64,000 nucleotides of DNA from Carcharhinus longimanus. Lineage: Eukaryota. A model generated the notes under the pieces. That model was given only the letters and a program-made list of their open reading frames with translations, ran no database searches and had not been told where the DNA came from. The position numbers and the translations under genes were made by a program. Location of the stretch: positions 28,730,789 to 28,794,788 of the forward strand of contig JASCQW010000072.1 in NCBI GenBank assembly GCA_030264375.1, in the 5' to 3' direction. Positions 11,292-23,975 of this stretch are shown piece by piece. Numbering within the stretch: position 1 is the first letter of the stretch; each line of letters opens with the position of its first letter.

Positions 11292-14224
11292 GCAAGTTTT
11301 GTGGCAAAATACTGCCATTTAATTGCAAAAATTATGACTTCAAATGCCAAAGGCTAGCAAAGTGAAGTCAACCCTGCTGGTTATAACCGAGAGCAAGTGT
11401 GTATTTGCAAAACAAGCACTGACATTGGAAATAGAATTCAGTAAACAGGCAGCATATTCACTCTGAGGATAACAAATACATCACATGTTGGAATTGTCTA
11501 GTTTCATTGGAAAATATTAGTCCACATTTTGTTGTCAGTGGTGAATAACCAGTTCTTGCTGGTGATTTGGAAGAAAGCTGCCCACAAAAATCTGGCAAAG
11601 TCTGCGGTGTTGATTTCCCCTGTTATGGAACCAGTTTCGCATTGGCACCAACTATAGAGAATGCTGGTGTCTGGAAACAATGTAGTTATTACACAACTTG
11701 AATAGTCAATCAGGAAATGAAGAGCACTGATTATCTTTCACATTGTAACCATTTTACAAAGTGCAAAATAAAGATTGCGACATTCATGTGGGATGAAGGT
11801 GATATATTTAAATATCTTCAAGTTTTTTTTCATTAATTTAAAAATCTACAGACTCTTAATCATGAAATGGAAGGAATGACGCACTAGACTTCTAAAATTA
11901 GATTTTTCGGGCCAGTGACATTCTTCAGCAGTAATTGTGACTTAGTGCACCATCATAAACTCAGTTACATCTTATTCAGCAAGGCACAACATTTTTGTTT
12001 TTACAGTGGGAATAATTTGTAAAATATTAAGGTTTTTGCCAAATTACTGATTTCTGTGCTGTTTGTGCCTGTGAGGACTGCAAAAGCACATCTTGTGGAG
12101 GCATAGGTAATCTCTGGCAGCAACTGCTGGATTTAACTACAGGTGGATGCCAGAAGCAGCTGCAAGTTTCACAGAGGAATGACGGTGACCACCGACAGTT
12201 TCATTGTCGATTGCAAAATTTGGTTCATTACTTTGCTACTTTGAGCCATTGGAAATTATGCACTTAATGTATTCCTGCATTGAGATTCAGTTATGTGTAA
12301 ATGCAGATTACTTGGTGAATATTTTAGCATAACTACATATTCACCTATAACACTCAGGAGCATTTTAACGTTTCAAATCCCAATAGATCTGGGGGACTTT
12401 ACAGTCTAAATCTAATTCTTTTTCTTCTCTGACAAAATGAATATTGTTACAAACTATTTTACTTCAGTACAAAATAATAAGTGTCAAGAATAAGCTTCTG
12501 CAATATCAAATTCTATTTTGGAACCTTAAACCACAGTGAAAAAATGGCTCTGAATCAACTTTCATACAAACATATGAAAATAATGGACAAGAACAGGGAT
12601 CTATTGAGGCTGCCTCATATATTCTGTGTATCATGATCCCCTTTGGTTTTCTCCGCCAGCCCCTCCACCTCCCCCACTGCCCACCTTTGCCATCTACCCA
12701 CTGGTAGCCACATGATCTTCTGGGTCTGTCAAAAGGAAGGGAGGAGAAACATTCTGCCAATTCAGTAGGACAAAAATATGGGAAATTCCTCTCTGATTGC
12801 TGACTACAATCAAATTAAGTATTATGAGATTTCCATGCATAATGATGCAAGCTCATATACTTTGTCTTAAATACAAAAGGAATTAATTAATAAAAGGGAA
12901 AACTATACAAAAGCTAACAGACTACCAGCTGCCCCAGTCCCTACATGTCTTCTAGATGCTTTCTGCCCGAGAGAGACTCACTCTTGGTCCTACTTCGTCT
13001 TTCAAGCTAATGATTTTGTTCTGCTGTGTCGCCCTTTTAGCTTCAATCACCACGCCATGTCAGCAGTCAGTGATTGGTATCCCATCTACCTTTTATACAC
13101 TGTGATGTCAGACACGGCTAAGAACTCACTCAGTTCCCTTTAGAATATCTGCAGTGAATCAATTCTTATTGCTTGTGCCAGCAACGTACTGTCAGAGGTC
13201 AATGGCACTCTGAAAACAAAAACCTCCTGATATCTAACCAAGTTCCATGCTTATGTAATTTACACCAATGTCCCTTGATTTACCCTAATCTACCTGATTC
13301 ACATTATTCATTTATCTCCAGATAAGAAAGTCCAGTTCTTTAATTATTCAATCTCAAATGCTTTTCTAGTTTTCCAATCTGAGATGAGGACCTTTCAGTT
13401 AGGCAGAGGAGAGACACCCTTTTTCAAGGCCCACCTGCCAAACATTTGAGAAATGCAATGATTTACCAAGTAGTGTCACAGATTTGATTAGCATGTTCCT
13501 CAATATTTTTTTGTCAATCTCCTGAAAGTTAGTTTTGCTATAGCACTAACAGTCATATTGTTCCCTGACTGAGACATTTGTTCCTGTCGGAGATACTAAA
13601 ATAAATCTGTGATACTTTCTAAAGGGTTGTCATTTGAAAAGTTCTTGATGTTCTATTTAAAAGGTGCACAGAAAATAGATGAAAGTGGATTTGAAAAGAT
13701 TTGTCCCAGTTAGTTCACTGAAATCTGTTACGTTTCTCCTGCTCCAAACCAAAATCCCCAACTACTTGTAGAATTAGTCAGTTTCCACTGAACACTTCAA
13801 CTGAGTTAGAATTTATTACACTAGGTGGCAGTCTATTCCACAAATTAATGACTGATCACATAGATTATGGTCCTCAAGTTTAGTTCATATCACAATCATG
13901 CTGTCATAGTTTTGCACAGAATACATGACTAATTCTTTTAAATTTAAAACTCAAGTTGTATCTCCATTCCTTATTTTTATAAGTAATAGCCGTGGACAAT
14001 TCTAGTTCTTTTCCTGTAGTTTTGCTCTGATATATTGCAATAATGAAGCATCATTTTTTTGTAATGCACTTTTTCCTCTCTGCTACTACGTGTGCTAAAC
14101 AATTATTGTGTGTGTTTGGAAAATGTCAAAGCTATTATGATAAATGAGCAATAAAGGAAATTGAATAATTGATGAGTTAATTAACTGTTGCTTAATGTTG
14201 ATTTTTTTGAACATTATGATTTGC

Positions 14225-15050
14225 ACCTTATATAGCTACCATCATTAATACAGTAAAATTTCCCAAGACGCTTTTCAGTTGCAATATCAACCAAACCACA
14301 TAAGGAGATATCGAAACAGTTGAGATAGATTCTATGCAGCAGGCATCTTAAAGGAGAGAGAGAGATCCAGAAAGATGGAGAGGCTTAGGAAGGAGTTTCC
14401 AGATTAGGCAGTTGAAGCAATGGCTGCCAGTTTTAAATAAAAGCAAATTAAAATTGAGGATGTGCAAAAGATCAGAATTGGAGATCTCAAAAGGTTGCAG
14501 GATTTGAGAAGGTTACAGAGACAGGACAGGGAAGGCTACAGAGGCAGAGACAGGAAGAGGCCAGACAATGGAAGGATTTGAAAGCATTTTAAAATAGAGG
14601 AATTGTTTAACCGGCAACTAAAACAGGTCAGCAAGCACGGAGACGATGGGCAAATAAGACAGGGTGCAAATTAGGATATGAGCAGCAAAATTTAATCAAA
14701 TTCAAGTTTACAAAGGATTGAAAATGAGAGCCCAATAAGGCTGAACATTGGAATTGTCAAATTTAAGATAAATCATCAATGAAAGTTAAAGCAGCAGAGA
14801 GCTGAGGTAGCGGTAGTGCCGAACAATGCTTTCAAGATGGAGGTTTTGGTGGTGGAGCTGCCATATGTCTGGAAGCTCATCTCACAGTCAAATAGAATGC
14901 AAAAACTGCAAGTGGTCTGGTTCAAGCTCAGACAGTGGGCAGGGAGAGCGTGATGTGGATGCTTAAAGAATTTATGGAAGAAATTTATGCCCAACTGGTG
15001 CTGCATATCAGTCGAGTTACATGATAAATCAGTTACAGCCAAGAGACAAT
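14225..15050 (-). mobile_element. L2-like LINE 3' fragment
   Basis: Purine-rich plus strand after ttatatagc...tcccaagacgcttt; complementary in character to 58600-60030. Confidence 0.55.
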
Positions 15051-15214
15051 GTAATGATCCTAGATGCAAATAATTCCGTGAAGATGACATTAATGTTAAT
15101 CACTGGGCTGCACAGTATTACTGAGAATACTGTAGTGAGCAGTAAAGTGACAAATACCCATGTTCTTTAATTTTCACAGTATTTGTGCTTAATTTCAATA
15201 CCATGTTTCGCCGT

Positions 15215-15495
15215 AGAAGCCCTGCAGTGCAAAAGGAGGCCATTCGGCCCTTTGGACCTGCAGTGACAACAATCCCACCCTATCCCCATAACCCCACATA
15301 TTTACCCTGTTAATCTCCCTGAAACTAGGACCAATTTAGTTTAGCCAATCAACCTAACCTGCATATCTTTGGACTGTGGAAACCCACACAGATATGGGCA
15401 AACTCCACACGAACAGTGACCCAAGTCAGGAACTGAACCCAGGTCCCTGGTGCTGAGAGGCAGCAGTGCTAACAACAATGCCAGCATGTTGCCAC
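15215..15495 (-). mobile_element. HE1-type V-SINE
   Basis: Head, partly deleted core and CR1-like tail. Confidence 0.8.
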
Positions 15496-17056
15496 AACAC
15501 AAAAACGCATGGGAATGGTGGGAAAATTTTTTTTTTTGAGGGGACTCACTCTATGCCTTTTACAAATAAAACAGCTGAAAACTATGAATATATTTCTTTT
15601 CTCTTTGGATATGAAAAGCATTGTGCAAAGTTTTGGCTTCTGCACATTACTGCACATCGAGGCTTAGAGAATGCATCGGCCTGACATTTGCTATCTGCAT
15701 GGAGGGTNNNNNNNNNNNNNNNNNNNNNNNNNNNNNNNNNNNNNNNNNNNNNNNNNNNNNNNNNNNNNNNNNNNNNNNNNNNNNNNNNNNNNNNNNNNNN
15801 NNNNNNNTTGCTATCTGCATGGAGGGTGGAGAGGAGGGGGAAGAGAATATGAAATTGCTTACAGGTCTCAGTGGGGCAACAAGGCCTCAGACAGGAAGTG
15901 GCCATTTTCCACAAATGGCCACTTAATGGCCTTTTCCTGCCTAGTTTCAATTTCAGCTGGTAGGCACTAGATAAATATGAGTAGGAAATAGAAAAATTTC
16001 ATATTCTTGATTTTGGGCAGGAAGGTGGGGGAGGCTTCATCAGAAACTCCTCTTCTGACTGGACAGCCCTTCATAGACTGGATACCTCCGTACATCCCTT
16101 CCACCCAGTACATTTGTCAATAATCTAAGTGACCATCCTCAGGCATATTCTGCTGCACGCCACCGCATCCCCCCCCACACACACACACACCATCTGCCAT
16201 TTGCTTTTACACCAGCTCCCTGCACTTGGTCCCAGGATCAGCACCAAGTGCCTCTTCTGACAGTACGTGGAAGTAAAAATTCCCCAACGCATTACATTCA
16301 TTAACCCTGTTACTTCATCAAAAAACCTCAAATCGAGTTCAACACTATTTGTATTTAACAAATCTATGCTGCTTTTCCTTTACTAAATCATACTTGTCCA
16401 AGTGATTATCAATTTCGTCCAAGATTATCGGTTCCAAAAGATTCCCACCACTGAGGTTAATTAATTAAACCTTCATTTAGTCAGCTGAGTCATTTGACAG
16501 CCAATTCGCTTTTACAATAATGATCTGGCCATTATTGGCAGCAACAGCAACAGAAATTACACAATAACACAATTTGTTTAAACACTAAGAACAATAAAAT
16601 ATAAATTAGTAGTACAAGATCATTGATAGTTTAGCAGGTACAAGTCAACTGATGCTTAACCCTTCAGCAAAAGGCATCCACAGTGTTAGGGAGAAATATA
16701 CAGCTATTCAGCTACACTGTTCTGATACCAAGCATTTTGCAGTGCTCACATAAGCCAGGCCCTCCTCATGGGTCATATATCTCCTTAAAGATTTAATAAT
16801 CACGCAAGTTTAAAAATCATAAGCTGCAATCTGTTAAACTCAGTCACACAAGGAAAACTATGAATAAACCATGGGGCTTGATTAAAGCAGATCCAGATAA
16901 GAGTCAAAGACCATAAACTCTCAGTTACAAGGGAGGCCTCAGTCACACAGCATACACACAAGATATCCATTGAACAATGCATAGAGTGAGAAAAGCAGGA
17001 CTTACTGCAATACAGGAAACCAAGTCTAGACTAACCTTTAGCTTGTAAAATGTCAT

Positions 17057-17418
17057 GGGTAAGTAATGGCATAGTGGTATTATTGCTAGACTATTAATCC
17101 AGAAACTCAGCTAATGTTCTGGGGATCTGGTTTGAATCCCACCACAGCAGATGGTGAGATTTGGATTCAATAAAAAAAACTCTGGAATTAAGAATCTATT
17201 GATGACCATGAAACCATTACCAATTTTTGTAAAAACCCATCTGGTTCACTAATATCCTCTAGGGAAGGAAATTGCTGTCCTTACCCGGTCTGGCCTATGT
17301 GTGGCTCCAGAGCCACAGCAATGTGGTTGACTCTTAACTGTCTTCCAAGGACAACCAGGGATGAGCAATAAATGCTGGCCAGCCAGCGACACCCATGTCC
17401 CATGGATGAATAAAAAAA
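17057..17418 (+). mobile_element. tRNA-derived SINE with a LINE-derived tail, distinct from HE1
   Basis: A-box-like tggcatagtgg, B-box-like ggtttgaatccc, tail gcaataaatgctggccagccagcgacaccca plus polyA; decayed copy near 31900-32140. Confidence 0.75.
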
Positions 17419-17944
17419 GGCATAATGTCAAATGCCAGATTATCAGACATCTGTAACTGGAAATTTACTCAAATTCAGAGTTATCAATTAAAATTTTGAG
17501 ATCAAAGTTAGAGAGTAAGACTGACTTGTAGTTGCTGGGTTTATGTTTGGACTTAAGTGTAACACTGCAATTTACCAGNNNNNNNNNNNNNNNNNNNNNN
17601 NNNNNNNNNNNNNNNNNNNNNNNNNNNNNNNNNNNNNNNNNNNNNNNNNNNNNNNNNNNNNNNNNNNNNNNNNNNNNNATCTAAGGAGGATCGGAAGATT
17701 TTTTTATTCCATCTTTAAAGTTAAAAAGTCAATGCTCAGAAAGGACCAATCAAATCTAAATCCATTCCTTGCTTGCTCCGAAACCAAATTCAAAATCCCA
17801 CCTATCCAACTCATGGTCCCCACAAGAAAGTGTGTTGGGGAGAAAAAACACAGCTATCAAACTGTAATGTACTTCACATGCTCATTCTTGAGAGTCCCCA
17901 CAAGATCCAAACTGACAAGTTAAGGCATTGTACCCCATCTTGGA

Positions 17945-18065
17945 TAAAGGCAAAATACTGCAGATGCTGGAATCTGAATCAAAAGCAGAAAATGTTGAAA
18001 AATCTCAGCAAGTCTGACAGCATTTTTGGACAGAGAAGAGTCAACGTTTCAGATCTGGATGCCCC
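17945..18065 (-). mobile_element. Penelope-like terminal repeat remnant, second family
   Basis: aaaatactgcagatgctggaatctga...ctcagcaagtctgacagc...aacgtttc; related pieces near 49410-49460 and 53580-53635. Confidence 0.5.
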
Positions 18066-18134
18066 AAGATACTACCAGCGTGAATGGGCAGAAAATTCTG
18101 ATCTATGGCTACAAGACCAGGTCACAGGCTAGGA

Positions 18135-18668
18135 TTCCTGCAGTGAGTAGTTCATTTCCTGACTCTCCAAAGCCACGCATAAGACACAAGTCAGGAATGT
18201 GATGGAATGCTCTCCACTTGCCTGGATGAGTGCAGCTCCAACCACACATAAGAAACTCAACACTACCCAGGACAAAGTAGCCCTCTTGAGTGACACCCCA
18301 TTGACCACATTAAACATTAACTCAGTCCACCACAAATGCACAGTGGCAGCAGTGTGTATCATCTACAAGATGCATTACGGCAACCCCCTACCATCGAAAA
18401 GGACAAGGGCTACAGACGCCTGGGAGAACCATCACCTACACATTCCCCATCATACCACACAACATGCTTATTAGGAACTGTATTGTCATTTTTTTTCACT
18501 ATCAGTGGGACAAAATCATGAAACACCCTCCTTAACAGCACTCTGGGTGTATCTACATCACATGGACTGCAACAGCTTAATATCACCTTCTCAAGGCCAG
18601 TTAGGGACAGCAAATAAATGCTGGCTCAGCTAATGATGCTCACGTCCCAGGGACAAATTAAAAAAAAA
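18135..18668 (+). mobile_element. CR1-clade LINE 3' end
   Basis: QVRNVMECSPLAWMSAAPTT.KKL coding remnant, aataaatgctggc tail and polyA. Confidence 0.75.
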
Positions 18669-19147
18669 TGCTTGAAGAGAAATCTTTCTAAAATACATTC
18701 TGGCCAAACATAAAGGTTCATTATTGGCTATCAGGTAAACATAGCCTAATGGATGGAGAAAATTCAGTTTATTGAAAGCACAATTGCTTTAAATTACACT
18801 GAGCTACAAGAGAACAATTGAGGCTGAAACTTTATTAATTCTACAAATAATTTGCAGAACATCATCTTTCACTTCCATGTTTCTAACCATGATACTAATA
18901 AGAACTTTCGTAATGGTTTTAAAAATAATTATGCCAAACATAACGGAAATAGTTCATGGTTCTGACACTGTAATACTGGAACAAAGATTTAATACCACCT
19001 TTGCTGGCATGGCCTTGAAACATACTTGCTGCTTGAACTTTTATTAAGACATAAACGCCTTCATGGAAACAGCTTGAATTGTTCAATTGCTTCTGAATTT
19101 ATTTTTAATCAAAGTTAAACTGAAGATCATACAACTGTTTCTGTTGA

Positions 19148-19420
19148 GCAGCACAGTGGTTAGTACTGCTGCTTTACAGCACCAGGGACCTGGATGCAAT
19201 TCCTGCCTCGGGTGACTGCGTGGAGTTTGCACATTCTCCCCAGTTTCCTTCTACAGTCCAAAGACATATGGGTTAGGTTGATAGGCCATGCTAAATTGCC
19301 CCTTAGTGTCAGGGGGATTTGCAGAGTAAATATGTGGAGTTATGGGGAGAGGGCCTGGGTGAATTGTCAGTGCAAGCACAATGGGCTGAATGGCTTTGTT
19401 GTGCGCAGTAGGGATTCTAT
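19148..19420 (+). mobile_element. HE1-type V-SINE
   Basis: gcacagtggttagtactgctgc head through gggattctatg tail. Confidence 0.8.
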
Positions 19421-19748
19421 GGTCATCATATGGTCACCAAAACTGCTGCCTGCTTCATGTATTTGATACTTATAATTGATGTAATCTTTCAGATATGCAT
19501 AGACACGCATCATGTTTGCTTAATGTGAAAAGCTGGAGTACAAACTTTATTTTTAAAAATCTGAGAATTAAGTGATCCAGTAAGATAGAAAACTCACAAC
19601 CACTTTAACATTAGACTTTTGTAATTGTCATAAGAATATTTCAGCAAAAATTTCAAACAGCTATATTTGGGAGACTTCCTCCTTGAACTGCCTAATATTA
19701 AGACATGAATAAATAAAAGTCAGTCTTACAATACATACACTACTTATG

Positions 19749-19754
19749 TTTATT
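19749..19754 (-). promoter_or_regulatory. Candidate ZNF277 polyadenylation signal
   Basis: AATAAA on the minus strand about 940 nt past the stop; another at 19546-19551. Confidence 0.4.
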
Positions 19755-20692
19755 AAATCTTTCAAAGGCCAATTTGCACTTTGGGATAATGTGCCCATTA
19801 GTCACTTCCTGTGCTCATTTTCAGAATGCCACAGCACAGCTGCCAATGTGCGATGACACAGAAATGCAACACTTTTCCATCTACAGTGTAAAATGACAGT
19901 AACATTTAATTACAATGGTAAACTGTTTTCCATATGTGCCGTACCACATACGTTTTCAGGACCTTTTTCATTCCTCTTGCCTGTGATATTTTAAAATTTG
20001 TTATCTCGAGTGAGTTCACAACTTTGTGCAGCAAAGTTAGGAATTCATGCAAACATGTTAAATTAGCAAGTTTAAAAAAAATGCTGCCATGTTTAAGGTA
20101 TTCTGTTGTTAAAAATAACTTTTCACTTCATTCACAAAACTGCTGCAGTACTGCAGAAAACTGCCCTGCTAAATAATGACTGCAACTGTCCCAAAAGGTG
20201 GGCAGACAATGGAAGTTTAAAAAAAAACTTTAAATTTAATTCTTCATTTCAACATCCGGCAAATCACCAACATAATTTGAGCACAATTTGAATCTCTGGA
20301 GCTGAGGCATTCTTTCACCTTCCTCTCCTTATCTGGGGTGAAGGGAGAAGCAATCCACAAACTCAATGAGAAAGATTAAAATATCTGACACATTACAATA
20401 AAATAAATTACTTCAAAAGTTATTTTGTTCTCGTATAAACGAGAGCAGTGCTTTGTGATTATCATGCAGCTTTGTTGCTCATGTATTGTTCGATCAACTT
20501 CAAGTGCACAAACACTCATCAATGGTACTACCTACCAGAATTTCTGTTTTCTTCACCAGAAAAATAAATTAGTTACCCCAGTAAGGTTAAAATTGGCATG
20601 GTATTTTCATGAGGCCATTATACCAGTAGATTGCTAGGAGTTTTTGCTATTAAATTGTGGATATTTCTTTCCGTACTGAGAAAAAGTGAATG

Positions 20693-20876
20693 TTAGTTCT
20701 TGGTATCTGAATGCTGCAGGGAATTTAGAATACTGCTTTTTTTTAAAGCTTGCAAGTCTGAAATATCTTCTGCTATGACGGGAATGTTGGTTATCTGGTT
20801 GTCAGCGACAGATTCACTCTCACAGTCAGATAGCGAGCATAGCAGAGCATCATTTTCATAGGTAGGAAAGTAATAT
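20693..20876 (-). CDS. ZNF277: ZNF277 exon 12, terminal coding part
   Basis: ttgtag|A acceptor; YYFPTYENDALLCSLSDCESE...IPVIAEDISDLQALKKSSILNSLQHSDTKN then TAA; exons 2-12 total 1277 nt in one frame. Confidence 0.96.
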
Positions 20877-21509
20877 CTACAAACAGAAACAATAAAATCA
20901 ATGCATTAGATAATATTTAAACATGATATCTTAAATTAACAACTGTAGACTACATATAGTTCACAAAGTGGTGGTTTGACGAAAGTGTTGCGAGTAAAAC
21001 CCATTGTGAAATAATATTAGTGACAGTGTATCACCACTAAACCATTAAGTTCTGTTGTTCAAAGATGGTTAAATATTTAACATACATATGTGGAAATGCT
21101 AACAAGGCATGAAATGCTTTGCTCAATCTTATATAGATAACCTGCCTTCATTGTTGTGCTCATTCATTCAAAGAAATTGATGAATAAAAGAAATCCTCAG
21201 CAACAGCAGGTTTAGTTAAAAAACACTTGGTTTTTTTCAATAAATATTCCATTCCATTCCATCAACTTCAATATTCTGAAAGAACTATGTCCTTAACTAA
21301 CTTGTTTTTTTTTAGGCCAGCTGGACCAAATTTATGTGGGAAAACAAAAATTAACGATTAAACGCCTTGCAAAGAATGAGTTAGAATTTGCCAGGTGATT
21401 ATGTGATACAGTGTCAAATGCTTTCCTGCCAATTTGATAGGGTATCTGGCAGATATGCAAATTCCTGGAAGGACGTTGGTACATTGATCCGACATAACTT
21501 GCTCCACTA

Positions 21510-21800
21510 TCTTGAGTGAAATCTGCCCGAAAAAATGGCAGCGTGTTGCTTTCTGTCCAGTGAAACTGGTCGGTTTAGTCTCCAGATTCCACCACACTGC
21601 CAAAAAACAAGGAGACATGACTCATGCCGCCTTAGAGGGAGGGACAGGACCTAATGTGTCAGCAAAACTCAGCTGCAGAGATTGAGACGTCGTCTTTAAA
21701 GGATGCCCTGATCAAAAGTGCAATAACCCTCCCCCGTCCCACCACTGAGACCCCTGAGGCTCCTCTCCATACCCCCGACCCAGCATTCACACCAACACCT
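21510..21800 (+). mobile_element. Non-autonomous repeat, probably DNA-transposon derived
   Basis: Alignable by eye to 50905-51120 (gtgaaatct...aaatggcag...gaaactggt...tctccagattc...tctttaaagg). Confidence 0.55.
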
Positions 21801-22519
21801 CATTACCATCCCGTTGGAAATTCTTCCAGCTACCAAGATGGGAATTGAACTTTCTACAGAGGGCAGCATGGTGGCACAGTGGTTAGCGCTGCAGGAACTC
21901 TACAATTCCATGTCAGAGGGCAATTACGTTTACGGAAGGAATTTACATGAGTCCAAAAAAACAGTGGAACAATAACCGATGCAATTTAACATGAATAAGT
22001 GCAAAAAGGCAGAGAAACGAAATGGTGCAAACGCTACACAAATGTTGGCAAAATTGTTAAGGGTGAAGTTAAAAAATGCTTCGGGGTTCCAGTAAATCCA
22101 GCACGTTCTCCATCTCAGCATAGCAACAATCAATAACACAAACATATTTCTGAACTACTTGGATGAGAGAGTAGGAAACAAGTGGTGGGAGTCATGCTCA
22201 GATTGTGGAGAGCTCTGGTCAAGATAGCAGCTTTAATGTCATGTCCAATTCTGGTCACTAAGAGAAATGAAGAATAAAATCTTGGATGGAGTTCAGAAAG
22301 CAGATACAGCATCGATCCCTTGGCATCAGAGAACCAAGTTAAAGGAAACAACTCGGGAAATGTGTTCTTGAGAGAAGACAAATGGAGTTGATGTACAAAG
22401 ATATAGGGTAAAAACATTACAATCCATAAACCTGGAACATTTCTTCAAACATAAACCACGACAAAAGTTAAAATATCATATGATCAAACTAATGAAAAGC
22501 AAATTCAGGACAGATGCCA

Positions 22520-22730
22520 GTCATACAGTCATAGAAATTTACAGCATGGAAACAGGACCTTTGGCCCAACTTGTCCATGCCGCCCTTATTTTTTTAAATC
22601 CCTAAGCTAATCACAATTGCCTGCGTTTGGCCCATACCTCTCTATACCCATCATATCCATGTAACCATCTAAATACTTCTTAAAAGATAAAATTGTCCCA
22701 GCCTCTACTACTACCTCCAGTAGCTTGTCA
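22520..22730 (-). mobile_element. CR1 LINE 3' end
   Basis: catagaaatttacagcatggaaacaggacctttggccc is the reverse complement of a CR1 tail. Confidence 0.7.
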
Positions 22731-22864
22731 GGAAGCTATTTAGATCGAAAGTTATCAATACTTCGAGCATATTTCCAAATGAACAAGTGGAGGTGAAAAA
22801 CCTACCTGCAGGAAGTCAAAGCAGTCCTCCTGCTTCTCGCTGCTCATCTATAGAGCCCTCACTC

Positions 22865-23085
22865 AGTGAGGGTGCAGGAGAGGGGAGTGGCAAGCAGATG
22901 AGTTGGTGAGCAGGAAGTTTGGCAAGAGGATCTCAAGAGGAAAGACTCAGGAGTCGCAGAGGCTGCAGAGGGTCAGTTAAGGAGCGGTGAGAGGCCACAA
23001 ACTAGAAGGTTGGCAGTGAGAAGGTGGGTTAGGCAGCAAGAGAGGTTGGCAGCGAGAGAAAGGGTCACAGAGCAGGAGGGACTGC
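22865..23085. repeat. Purine-rich degenerate tandem repeat
   Basis: Recurring ggttggcag(c/t)gaga(g/a)g-like units. Confidence 0.45.
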
Positions 23086-23370
23086 TCCAAAATGGCAACA
23101 ATCAGATCATATGACCCTCTTATCAAAACAACATGAAACTATTTTAACATGAAAAATGCAACACTGAATGAGAATACAGGTCCCATTAAATGACTGATGC
23201 CGAAGTGAAACAATGTAAATAAAATGGGGCAACATAAAATGGGGACTTANNNNNNNNNNNNNNNNNNNNNNNNNNNNNNNNNNNNNNNNNNNNNNNNNNN
23301 NNNNNNNNNNNNNNNNNNNNNNNNNNNNNNNNNNNNNNNNNNNNNNNNNGTATTTGAATTCAACACTTAC

Positions 23371-23545
23371 TGTGGCTGATCCCAGGCAGATCTGTCCAGC
23401 AGTGACATTATGTGGCTTGTTTCTGTCATATGACTTACAACTTCTGATTTTGAGCTAAATGTTTTCCCACACTCATTGCAACGACACTGGTGAATTTCTC
23501 TTCTGATAAAATTCACTAATTTGACCTGCTGGTAGAAGTTTAAAC
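23371..23545 (-). CDS. ZNF277: ZNF277 exon 11
   Basis: tcacag|GT acceptor and CA|gtaagt donor; 175 nt; LNFYQQVKLVNFIRREIHQCRCNECGKTFSSKSEVVSHMTETSHIMSLLDRSAWDQP. Confidence 0.96.
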
Positions 23546-23616
23546 CTGTGAAAAGTGAAAAAAATTACTGCTTGTCCAGCATGTTCAGGATGAAATACAT
23601 TTTGGCTCTGAATGAC

Positions 23617-23975
23617 CGGGTGGCACGGTGGCACAGTGACTAGCACTGATGCCTCATAACATCAGGGACTTGGGTTTGATGCAGGACTTGGGTGACTGCC
23701 TCTGTGAAGCTTGCACTCTCTCCCTGTGTCTGTATGGGTTCCCTCCGGATGCTTCGGTTTCCTCCCACAGTCCAAATGTGTGCAGGCTAGGTGGATTGGC
23801 CATGGTCAATTTCTTCTTAGTGTCTAAAGATGTGTAGTTTGTATGGATTAGCCATGGTAAATGCAAGGAGTTATGGGAGAGCCTGGATGGGATGTTCTTT
23901 CAGAGAGTTGGCGCAGACTAAATGGGGCGGATGGCCTCTTTCTGCACTGTAGGGATTCGATGATGATTCTATGGA
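23617..23975 (+). mobile_element. HE1-type V-SINE
   Basis: Full-length head, core and tail, about 70 nt from the ZNF277 exon 11 acceptor. Confidence 0.85.
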
